Shown here in pieces: positions 52,501 to 64,000 of a stretch of DNA of 64,000 bases. The first letter of the stretch is position 1, and each line of letters starts with the position of its first letter. The notes under the pieces are model-generated. The model was given only the letters and a program-made list of their open reading frames with translations, searched no databases and had not been told where the DNA came from. The DNA is from Dimorphilus gyrociliatus (taxonomy: Eukaryota > Animalia > Annelida). A program made the position numbers and the translations under genes. The DNA is taken from positions 2,900,504 through 2,964,503 of the forward strand of contig CAJFCJ010000003.1 in the NCBI GenBank assembly GCA_904063045.1, in the 5' to 3' direction.

Positions 52501-54891
52501 CACGCATTATTCCTCTTTAAAAATGACTACAGACGACGGAAGAGCGAGGCGGAGTTACGTTAAAGTGGGCGGTCGCTCAGCAGTTTGATTGACACGGGCT
52601 AATTGGCTTTAATTGTTTTTCAAGGATAACACTCTGAAGGATTAGAATTTGTTGATTTGTTTTATGCGAAAGTGTAAAGCATTTATTTTGAAAAATTCTA
52701 ATTCGCCTAAATTTACGACGAACATCATTAATAAATCAGTTATATAGAGGATAACAATGAGAAAAGAGACAAGCACATTTGTAAGACTCTTTCCTGAGAA
52801 TTTTTCAATCTATAGTTATACTTCGTTTAAAGTATAGTCTATATTCTTTTTGTAAAAATGTATACATATATATATAATAATATATAATATTATCAAAAAT
52901 AGCATTCGCGGAAGATACTCCGTCAATCAGTGTCCCTGTAGTTTCCTCTTATGCTGTTTTCAAGTTGTTTAAATAGCGTAAGAAATTGAGCTGTTCAAGC
53001 GTAAATATTCATGCCTTTTTATTTTTTCTCGAGGCGATATAAACACTATACTCTATTTGAATAATTTGCAAATAATCTGAATACAGCAAGTAAACAATAA
53101 CACCTTTTCTTAAATAGCCTATAAGTAAGAAAATTGGGAAAGTGTAACAGACTATTCATGAATCTTAAACTGCTTCTGGTTGACAAGTTACGTAATAAGT
53201 TGAAATCCTCCTTAACTCGATTTAATTTCAAATCGACAGATGCAGCAGATATTATGAAAAGAAACAAGGAACCAGAGTGGTTTAAGACCGTAATTGTATA
53301 GGCGAAAATAAAGAGAGGAAGAAAGAGAGAGCGAGATTGGAAAGAAGTTGGAAATCGGAGAAAAATTTACAAAACAAAATACGAGAGGTAACAATTTTGT
53401 TCAGTTAAAGATGACAGAGATTTCTTATTAATTACAGAGATTTATAATCTTTAAAAAGGTGATGAGAGAAAATTAAAAAGAAATTATATTACAAAAGTGT
53501 GAAGCGTTGGATTAGTCAAATTTGTAAATCAATACATCTACTTTGCGGCAAACGCATAACAATGCAAGCGCCAGGCGTCATGCACGCGTCAAATGTCGTA
53601 AGGATTATGTAATGGCGACGACAGAAGACGACTAAGGCGGGCCTGACGCTCCATCAGTCAATCAATTTCTACCGTCTTCTTATTCAGTTATTTAACACCG
53701 TGGAGCGACTGTTTAACTTTTGCAATTCAAAAGGAAATGAACGTTACAAGCGTTCTTTACTTTTCTGAAAAGAAATTTTCACCTTTCCCTCGTTTACCTC
53801 ATACCCTCCAATAAGTTTTATTTTCCCTCTATCCCTTCAATCCCTGTCCCACGTATAAACTCGCTAACTCGTTCATTCTGTTTCCTTTGCTCTCCAAGCC
53901 TTACTCGTTTACATTTTCTTATTGTTTCTCTTTGTTTTATCCTACTCCTTTGTTTTCTTCTATGTTAGTAATCAAAGAAAAAAAACTCTAAATAGAATAA
54001 AGTGGGAATAGACGAAATACAAAAAAAAGAAATTTTAAAAAGAAAGAAAGAAAGATAGCAAACCAAATCCAACAAATATATTTAACGAAAGTGAGAAAAA
54101 ATCAATGGAGATATTAATTAGCATGCAAAGGATTTTTTACTTTTTCTTTCTATTTCAAACTGTAGTCCAACTTTAAATTATTTAAATGTATTAAGTTTAT
54201 TCCAATAAAGAAAAAGAAAGAGATGATTTAAATGATTACGTAAATATAATTTCTTTCTTTGGTCAGACACGCAACTGCTCTTTGTATATTTTTGCATAAT
54301 TTATAAAACACGGATTATTCATTATCGGAGAATAAGTAAAATTTAGTTTATCTTTTAATATTTATAAGCTAATTATTACTGTTGATGGTCTTTCTTATTT
54401 ATATATTTTGATTCATTATGAAAAATATACACATACGTATTTTTCAACATATAAATACATACATATAGGTATATATTCATTAATAAATGAATAAACAAAG
54501 CACTTATGAATTTTGTTAGTTCTAAACATATCCAACAGATGTCATCATGTACAGTATATTACGTAATAAGAATGCATATGGTAACGGCTTACACCGCATG
54601 GCTATTACTGTATAAATGATAAAATTAAGAGACAATTTGAATATTTAGAGTGACCATTTTTTCTGTAATAATGAAATTTATATTCATATATACGAATAGA
54701 GGTACGAAAAAAGGAAACGGAAACAACAGAAGTATCATCTTAGTTTCGAGTGTAATAGATTTTGTAGTATAGGTTTGTCATAGTTATAGATACTAGTTTG
54801 AAAACGCACTTAATGTATTTATAATACAGTACAAAGTTAGATAATAATAATTAAAATTTAGTAGAGAGAGAAGGATTTCTCTTATTTACAT

Positions 54892-57800
54892 TCAAGAAAT
54901 TAATAAATTTTCACAGCTTCTACTCCTTAAGGAGTTCCTTCTAAAAAATTTTTTTAATAAACCTCCTCCTGATCTGGAATAACAGAAACGGTCGAATATT
55001 GATAAGGTTTCTGATAATTTTCTTTTTTCCACGTTGATTCGTTTCAATCTTATTTGAGCTGCTATACCAACTAGAAGATCATCAATTTTATGATTCAGTA
55101 GGGCTGACACTTCAATAAATTTGCAGTCGTACTTTTCGGCAAGCCGTCGTCCAACTGTAAAGAAAAGAACAAGAATATAGGCAGAAAAGAATTTCTATAC
55201 AATTTAATAGGGAGAGTAGGTGAATAGAAATTGGATTTTTATTGAAAATCAATTAAAAAGTTTCAACCTTCATCGGAAACTGTTCTTTTTCTAACAATAT
55301 CTTGCTTGTTTCCAACTAAAATGATCGCCAAATTATGTGATCGATTCAATGTTAGTGTAAGAAGAATCTTTCGCACTTGCTCAAAACTTTCCCTTTCATT
55401 AATAGCGTAGACTACTACATAGGCATCAATATTTACATCTGGAATCGCCTATGATGTTGCAACAAACATTTTATTAAAGAAATCCGGAGTTTTACCGTGA
55501 ACATAAAAAATACTATAAATAGAACATAAAATCGAAAGTAGGAAATTGTTAATAGGCTTTCAAAAAGGAGAAGATAAAACAAAAGCTATAATTACTTATA
55601 CTACGTCTAGTACAAACAAGTTTAAATGTATACTTTTCCCATTTTTTTGTAAAAAAAATGCTTAATGGAATTGGTGTTTTAAGGTAATCTTTCTAAAGCC
55701 ATATTTTACTAAGATACAATAATCCTAGAGGGCGTGATTTTTTTCAGGGGATTATTATACAAAAATATAAATTAAAAAGTAAGGTAATGGTTTTAGGTAG
55801 AGGTTGTTTTTTTTTTTTTAAAAAAAAACAAGACTTTGCAAGAGTCTTATATCTTTTTAGTTAAAGTTACATGACATATCATAAATTACGTACCTGACTG
55901 TCGTTTGTATTCTCAGAAAAGATCAAAACAATTTCTTGGCCATCAAGTGACACAGTGACATTGCAATCTTCACGATCCTCTATTTGACATAAAAGCAGAA
56001 AATAGGCGAATATACTACTAGATTTAAACAAGTGTAGCTAATGGTGTAAAGAAAACTGAAATAAAATGAGATGAGAAAGAGAAAATTATTGTGAATATAA
56101 GTCAGGTGAAATTAAATCGAGATTTTGTTAAGTTTTCAAAAAATCTCTCTAAGATGGAGGAAAAAGCATCTATGCAACGATGTAACAATATAGAGACTAC
56201 ATTTATAAAATGAGAAAGTGTACAAGGAATAAATCTTATATATGGATAAAATAAAACTGAGAGCAAAATAAAAGAGGAATAACTTAAGAATATTAGATGA
56301 AAAGGTCATGGAAAATAAAGAGAATAGAGGAAAATGTAAATTTTATTCACAAAATTAAGAATGGCTTAACATAGTCAATTAACTAATAACCTTCTTAATT
56401 TTGTAAATATTTGTTATGTTGATAGAAAAATGATATGCAAAAGTAATATATATGAAGCAGCAAAACTAACAGCATAATGTACAGCATAGAGTTTTTGTAT
56501 AATGTATATATATGTGAATGCGTTCTATTTTATTTCTATATACTGCATCAGACTTGTATTAAACTTCATTCTGGGTCAATTCATTAAAAAAAAAAGAGAC
56601 AATATTTTAATGATAACAACTAACTATTGTCAAGTAAAATACATACAGTCTTTCATACCCTAGGTATATTGCTATTGCACATTTCCGACTTCTTTTAATT
56701 ATATAGAAATCGAATTCGTTGCTCAATTGTCACGTATACAATTTGATGCAATGTTTGATATATAATCTGATATTTCAAGATGATCAATCAATTTTGTATT
56801 AAACCTATGGTATATATTTTGATTTTAGTAATATCTAGTTTAAATCTATTTGAAAACTTTAAAGGAAATAGGGATGAAAAGGTATGTAGAAGAAGAAAAC
56901 TAAAAGAGAGAAAGAATGAAAGAGAGATAAAGAAGTATAAAAAAGATGTTGAATAATGGTAGAACGTTTTTTTTTAAGAAATAAGAAAATAAAGTTTACC
57001 TTCATTAGGGGTTGCACCGACGTACTCGCTCGTTAAAAATTGTTTTATTATGCACGTCTTGCCTACATCAACTGAACCGAGAACAAGAACTCTAAAGGTT
57101 GGAATGATATCTTCAGTACTGGCACAGTTAGATTTAAGAGTAGCAACGCTTTGTATGCTTGGAGATTTTCTTATCTGAAATAAAACGTATATATAGATTC
57201 CATGAATTGAAAAATAACCTGGTAATTAAGTATATAAATAGATAAATATCGAATAATTTATCGCTTTCTCTAGAAGTTTATTGTATTATAAAGTAAGGTT
57301 ACAATAAGTAAATAATAGTACCTTTTTATATGAATGTTTAATCAGGTATAAAGAAGAGAACGTCTTTGTGTATATAGCATAATTTACTTTTTTATTATAC
57401 ATACAAGTGTATATCAAGTATATTTGGCAGATATTTAACTAAATAAATGCTTTTAGGCCTTAAATAGTAATTGGAGTAGTATTTTTATCCTGCATTAATT
57501 AACTTGAATAGTAATAAATCAACTTTATTATTTCAAGGTTAGTATTGTTTTTTCCTTTCGTATTTTATAAATTACGTCTCTATGTTACTTAATAATTTAT
57601 AAAATCATCTTACGAATGGCATGGAGCGGTTATAAACAAATGTAGAATGATATATATATGCATATATGTTTATCCTTTTAGAGGCAGAGAAATTTTATAA
57701 TTATCATTATATTTTAACTTTCCTGGAAAATTCTTAAAAATATTTTTTAGCCAATTAACACGATTTATAATATTATTCTATTTCTGTGTAAACTGATAAT

Positions 57801-58597
57801 ATTTCATTAAATTAGTTTCTCTCTTTCCTTGGCGATATAGTTTTGTTGCGTAAAATTCGTATTTTAGAAATTATCGATAAAGATGCGCATAATATATTAT
57901 TTTTCTCTTTTGAATTTCCCTTTTGATCTACTTATTGATAATTCTAATTGGTTACGAAAGATGTTGAACTTTATAAAAGTATGAATAAAATAATTGATAA
58001 TATTTTGTTTCATCCAAAAGATCTTAGAAATGCGCTAAAAGACGTTTGATCTGCGTTAAGATGTAAAAACTGTACAGATAAATTGCCTATATACAGTAGT
58101 ATACTGCGTATTAAAAAAAAAGGTTAATAGACGTAAGATTTCATCTTTGAATTCAGTGAAGTTTCAGTTTTTCTCTTTCTTTCATTTTTTTGAAAATAAC
58201 TCATATACAGTATATCTGATATATTGTACAAATATATATAAATAATGTAAAATTCCTATGTTACCTTGTAGGAATCAGCTCGGTAGACGATACTTCTCTT
58301 TTTTGTTCTAAATGATCTTACTCTGTAAATCTCCAGCTCATTTTCAGATTCGGTAAGCGATGGTCTTCCTGATGAATTTATTGAACCCTGTCTGAAAAGT
58401 CCTGGAGAACTATTTAGACGACTAAGCGGTTTTTTCCCTAATTTTCTATTATAATCCGACACCGATTTCCTTTTAGCTTCAATTTTCTCCTGGTAAATTG
58501 AACCACATTCCGGATCGGTATGTTTTCGGAGTCTAGGTGTTCCTGGTAAACTTGATCCCATTTTAGCGCATTCCTTAAACAGCTCAAATTCATCCAT
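54892..58597 (-). CDS. RGK: RGK-family (Rem/Rad/Gem-like) small GTPase with a long basic N-terminus (~345 aa)
   Basis: Exons 58597-58265, 57174-57000 (VLVLGSVDVGKT), 55979-55894, 55448-55268 (DAYVVVYAI..RESF, ILVGNKQD), 55154-54892 (KFIEVSA..NHKIDDLLVGI..QIRL, C-terminal SRSCENL like RGK SKSCHDL). All in phase. An upstream coding exon cannot be excluded. Confidence 0.88.
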
Positions 58598-59294
58598 TTG
58601 ATTTTCTGTATTTAAAAAAGACATAATAAAGAATGTATACTATATACTTTTTTTTTCGAAAGTGAAAGGAGTATAGAGTATAATTACGCCTAGGGAAAAT
58701 CAAGGAAGCTTAGTGCAAAATCTGTCTTTGATCTGCATACAGTCAATTTTTGCATCACGATCAACTGTGAAATTAATAAACTTATTCGTCTAAATATTCA
58801 AGTATTAATTTAAAAAATAAAACTTTAATTGATTAAATATAGAATGATAATATCTCTTTTATTTCTCTTTTAATTGAAAATTGTAAATTTTTCTAATAAT
58901 TTGCCATTTTTCTAAAACAAATCTGTTTTTTCTCTTACTATGACTTATATTATGATTTGGTACACGCAACCTCAGTTTCTTGGTAATTTGGTGATTAAGA
59001 AGCAAGAGCAAGAAAAAAAGTTCACCTATTCCTAAAATAACTTGCTCAGAAATAATAATTAAAAAACAATTAGACAATCGAATAAATTAGTTTCTTTTAT
59101 GTAAATTTCTTTTTTTATCACTTAAGAATTTAAGGTAATTTATTAATTTTTTTTCTAATTACATCAATGAGGTATACTACTATTTTTAAATTGGTAAATT
59201 AGTTATCATATTTATTAATGAAAATTATCGAGTACAAATGGTTAAGAAATGTTTTATAATCTTAAGAAAAAATATACTTACAGTACTTTTCAAA

Positions 59295-59352
59295 GAGGGA
59301 GAAAAAGAGGAAGAAGAGAGAAAGAGAGAGACAGGGAGAAAAAGACAGTGAG

Positions 59353-59385
<33 letters not shown>

Positions 59386-59390
59386 AAGAT
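59295..59390 (+). repeat. GA-rich tract with (AG)n upstream of RGK
   Basis: Directly visible. Confidence 0.85.
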
Positions 59391-62189
59391 GAATGATTGT
59401 GACGAAGGTTGCACAGCAATAGTTTTACAGTTGTTGCTGTTAATGACGTCGTTCTCGCAAAATGAATGTGATGGACGCTACGCAGGGATTAGTGTATATT
59501 CTATCGAGAGCGATAGGATCGTAAGCCAAAAATAACTAGATTTCTTAAAGGATGATTACATTTTTAGAGCTGGAAAAGGAGATATTATAGGCCTTCTTTT
59601 TCATCAATAGCATACAACTATATATCCTTAAAGAATTAAAGTACCAATCTAGCCTGTGAAAGAATACAGAAAGTCGGCTCTTTACAACTTCAAAAGGTAC
59701 AAAGGCATTTGAAAAAATATACAAGAACATGTCTTTTTGTTATTGTTATCGAAGGAAAAAAATATTAAATATATATATATCGCATACAAAGCTAGTGCTT
59801 TATGCAATAAATTAACTTCTTAGTATAAGCAAACACTTTTACCTACACTTAACACATTCGAAATCCCTAGATATAGTGCACGCTTTTAAAAAATTAGTAT
59901 AAAATTAATTAAATACATGCAAAAATATAACGGTTATGAGAAAGTTACCGTAAGTTGTTAAAAAATATCGACGCGAAGTTGTTTAGATGAATTGACTAGT
60001 AACAGTATATTTCTTACTTATTGAGCGTCGTCTAGAAAGAGCGTCACCTTAATGCGTCTCGGGCCAGCAGATTTCCGGCACAGAGGTGACGTATACACTA
60101 CATTGATTGTCTCAATGTTGTGATAAATGCTAAAGAATATTCAATACCTAAAAATACAATTCTAATGAACTGGTCATTACAATCTTGAACTATGAAAAAA
60201 GGATCAATTCCTATTTCCCTTTTAGAAGTCTTTTTTAGAGAAAATAGAAATTCTTCTTGGTTAATTTCTACCCGAATGGACTTATATTCAATTAAAAAAC
60301 AATAGAAAACAGTCTTTATTTTTATATTAAGCTTTAATTATTCGAAACAGAAGTAAATATTGGGTTAGAAAAAAAGAATTTACATTAAATATCAAATCTA
60401 TAGTATTTCAAAATTCCATAAAAGCTAAATGAAAAATGAAGTTATAATTTAAAAAGATAAATTTAATATGTTTGACATAGACTTAGAAAGTATCTTTAAA
60501 CGAGTATTTTTACATTATCCAGAATTAAGTTTATCATTTAATCTTAAAGAAATTAAAATGAAAAAGATCTCTAATTTTCATTTACCAGTTTGAATAGAGA
60601 AGATATTTGAGTTAATAAAGATTATGATTGATTATAAACTACACGTTTATCAGAAGAAATAGATGTATACAGTATATATCTATCTATATATATTATTCAG
60701 ATACATATATATGTACAGTGATCTATTAATGTATAAATATACAATTTATGTATTGTTAAATATTTCTTATAATACAAAATATCATCTGTAAAATGAAGAA
60801 AGTAGAAAAATAAACATTATATGATCTGTTTCTCGAATGAAAACTGTTATAGTCATTAGGCACGAGTCATTCGACTATAGAGAATCATGAGAGAAATATT
60901 AGATGTTTGTAACAAAAATTAATCAGTATAAGCAGTATCTTCTGAACATAATGTTCTACTATATGTTGAGCAGACGATTTACGCTATAATCACCATGTAT
61001 GTTGCAACAACTAAGAAACACCCGTTTACTTGTATATATATTTTAAATACTATACTTTATAGTGTATATATATATATATATATATAATATTTAATATGAA
61101 ATATTCAAGTACCATTCACTGATATTTATTTAGGAAATTTGCCGTAAAAAGAACAGACATTTATATGAATAACTTTCAATGGTTTAGTTGTTTAGTGTGT
61201 TGTTGAAATTTTGTAATGATTAAATCGGGAGCACAACTGCTAATTCAATATAACCTTTATATCTTACTACGTTCTCATTTATTGCGTAGTATCATTTGAA
61301 GACTTTCTATTACATCGAAGTTTTCTATTAGACTTCTATGATTTGGAATATCCTAGCTAGAGTTGATTGCTTGGCCTTGTTTCCTTTAGTCTTCCATATC
61401 TAGTATAAAATAGACGTGTATTTTTGTTATTCCTTTCATTAAATTACATAAGATACAATAAACGATCGCTAATAACTATGACGATTGATCTAAAAATAGA
61501 CAATAGAATTTTATTATTTTTAGAATCTTTTATCTTCTTTTTTTAACAGCCTTTTTTGTTTATTTTACCATTAATTATAATAATTTGCTTTGTATCAAAT
61601 TGATAAAACCCTACTTTAAATTAAAAATGACTATATATTAAGTAGCTATACATACTTTTGAAAAACAAGAGAATAATAGTTTTAACAATAAAGCCCAACC
61701 TTCATGAATGGCTTATTGTTCTCAAGTTTATTTCATTTGACAGACTTTTCAAACATTTAGCAGTTGAAAGTTAAGAAAATACCACGTAATTAGGCTTTAA
61801 ATGAGAATAAATGAGCTGGCCAAAATGAGGAACAATCGAAGGGAAAACAATAGTAGAGTGGGTGTAGAATAGAGATAGGACGGAGAGAAAAATTAAGATT
61901 TTAAAGGGGGAAAATGATCAAAAGGAAAAGGAGTGGGCGGGAAAAATGCGCTGCATGGGTAAAAAAAATGAACGGTTGTCAACAGAATTGTTCTGTATCG
62001 TAACTGCAGTAATTATTGAACATGTATCGAACAATTTTCAGTTTAGTATAAACAAACAGTGCACTATTAACAGTCAAAGGGAACTATATTATATTCTAAT
62101 TTGAATGAGATATAAAAATTACTGAGCATTTTTTTTAGAGGACTCTTCCCTTTTTATGTATTGTATATGTATTGTATACATAATTTCTT

Positions 62190-63298
62190 CTATTGATTTT
62201 TCGTAATGAACTCGTCCAATCTCTTTAAAAAGTCACTAACTTTTTTATCTAAAATCTCCCGATCACCAAAACATGAAGCAGATCTGTATTGTTTCATTTT
62301 CAAGCTATCTTCCGAATATAATTTGATACCTTTTTTCCTTCTTATCAGAGATAAATCAGTTACAGTTCTAGCTGGTTCAATCCAGGCCACACTCTTATTT
62401 CTAAATAAATTAACTCTACCATCTCTGTAGGATGACAATTGGTCTCTTTGGCAAACGGATGCTGTATGAGGTCGTCGAAAGTGATATCTAAGTCCAATGC
62501 TTTGACGGCTATAGCAGTAGTGATCGAAAATAGCTTTAACCTGCTTTTCGTGCCCGCTCTGAAAAGTAAAAAGAGAGTTTTTTAAAAGAAAAAACTGTAC
62601 ATTAATTAAACATCTAAAAGATAAGTTGAGTGTTTCTGTATATAGATTTTAATTTTAAGTGGGTATTATTATAATAAACATATTTGACAAAATCTTCTTC
62701 AGACAGGGTTGTCAAACTATTAAAAGCCAAATATAAATAAGAAAAAAGTCAAATACACGTGTTTGAAGGATTTTACGTTAACTAGAAAATAAAAAAGAAT
62801 AGCATTTTATTCTTATATATTAATTTCAACTTGTTCAAATTTCACTGATTTTCTTCTCGACTCTTTCTAAGATACTTTAAAAGTTCTAAACATTTGGATT
62901 AAAAAATACTGTAAAAGCCTTAATGATTATATAAAACCTGCTTTTCAACTTGTTGTAATACTTTTGTTCATTAACTGTTAAAAAATATTTTATGCGTTAT
63001 TTAACATCAATAGCGATTGTTAAATATCTATTGAATAAAATAGGTTTAGCATTAAATTTAAGAAGATTTCTTCAGCTTTTTTCTAAGAAATGAAATTTTT
63101 AAGGTTAAAAAAAAAATAGTTAACTTTTCTTTAATATGCAAATTAGTTAATTAGTTAATTATTTCTTTAGAATAAATTAAGAAAATAAATTGTTACTTTA
63201 TAACGAATTCTAGTTTTTTCAATATTCTCCAGAGTATTATTTAGTAATCTATCTTCCAGGATATTCCGTCTTTTAGCGTAAAAATCGGACGTTGTCAT
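62190..63298 (-). CDS. Small two-exon uncharacterised protein (~156 aa)
   Basis: Exon 63298-63197 (MTTSDFYAKRRNILEDRLLNNTLENIEKTRIRYK, phase-0 GT donor) joins the CAG acceptor exon 62558-62190 (SGHEKQV...KKVSDFLKRLDEFITKNQ*). The frame is open throughout. Confidence 0.7.
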
Positions 63299-63651
63299 AC
63301 TTTTTGAAGTGATAAATAAATAATCAAAAATCAAATTATACAATTTTTCATAAGAGATTATCGTTTAGCTGCTAAACGAACGGTTGAAAGTTGCCGACTG
63401 AACTAACATTATGTCGACGATTTGTTATTTCTTTGTTTGTGTTGGCAAAACAAGTCGGAAAGGCGTTCAATAAATATAAAAGTATACGGAATTACGAACT
63501 AAATATTACATATATTCATATATCTATATATACTTGATGTATACGTATGTATAAGTAATTACGACATATGGTATAAAAGTACTAAATTTCCTTATCTTTA
63601 GAAAAATAGGCGTATAAGATAATTAATTATCCACAAAAAAAATACTATGAT

Positions 63652-63821
63652 TTAGCATGATTGCCTTAGGTTACTTAATTTACTAAAGTAATTTTGTGAT
63701 ATAGTTTACTTACCAGTAGTATTTGTCTATATTACCTATTCAAGTATTTTTTTTGAACTTTTTCACTTCCTTCCCCTCCTTTCTTTTTATGCTTGAAGCA
63801 GATATCTTTGAAAATATCATT
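63652..63821 (-). CDS. Possible 3' exons of a gene entering from beyond the window end
   Basis: AG|NDIFKDICFKHKKKGGEGSEKVQKKYLN|GT at 63821-63736, a 53-nt intron, then 63682-63652 ending in TAA. No upstream exon is resolved. Confidence 0.3.
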
Positions 63822-64000
63822 CTAGAAAGAATAATATACATAAATAGCTTTACCAATAGAGTCTATTCTACAACTATAAAAGATAATATAAGAAATAAGG
63901 AATTATTGTTTCTTTTACTTTTCTGTTCTTACATTACAAAGTTGATTTTTATTCGAATAAACGAATAAAAATAATCTTTTTTATGTTTTTCTTTCATTCT

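Noticed and set aside
63390-63405. RFX X-box-like GTTGCCGACTGAAC upstream of the small orphan gene
   Set aside because: The second half-site is too degenerate to support.
1-64000. CRISPR arrays, rRNA, snRNA, intact transposons, prokaryotic or horizontally acquired operons
   Set aside because: I saw no spaced direct-repeat array, rRNA or snRNA signature, or transposase/RT ORF. All multi-exon genes are intron-containing animal-type genes.

Overview
This is an AT-rich, gene-dense animal (bilaterian, probably spiralian) genomic window with many short GT-AG introns, commonly 50-80 nt. That compactness resembles miniaturised annelid genomes such as Dimorphilus, but this is inference only. It is not prokaryotic: I saw no CRISPR array, rRNA or intact mobile element. 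I stitched the ORF fragments into spliced gene models by hand. In order along the window: (+) 3' part of an LDLa-LRR-7TM (GRL101-like) receptor that appears to continue into a degenerate kinase-like tail; (-) a decayed cryptochrome/photolyase relic missing from the ORF track; (+) a DUSP-fold pseudophosphatase needing a GA-AG intron; (+) an SLC6 monoamine transporter; (-) an SLC1/EAAT glutamate transporter; (-) an uncharacterised Ser/Lys-rich protein with a 26-aa internal repeat; (-) a discoidin domain receptor with a degenerate kinase; (+) an intron-containing tRNA-Thr(TGT); (+) a long coiled-coil protein; (+) a CARD/coiled-coil protein; (-) two tandem ERG-subfamily ETS genes, one with and one without a PNT domain; (-) an RGK-type GTPase; (-) a small two-exon orphan gene. 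Non-coding signals include repeated CTCF-like motifs, several near gene boundaries, a repeated ATCACGTGAC(CT) E-box, nine TATAC(A/T)GTATA sites matching Tc1-type excision footprints, and purine/pyrimidine microsatellite tracts. All exon coordinates were read manually and need RNA-seq confirmation.
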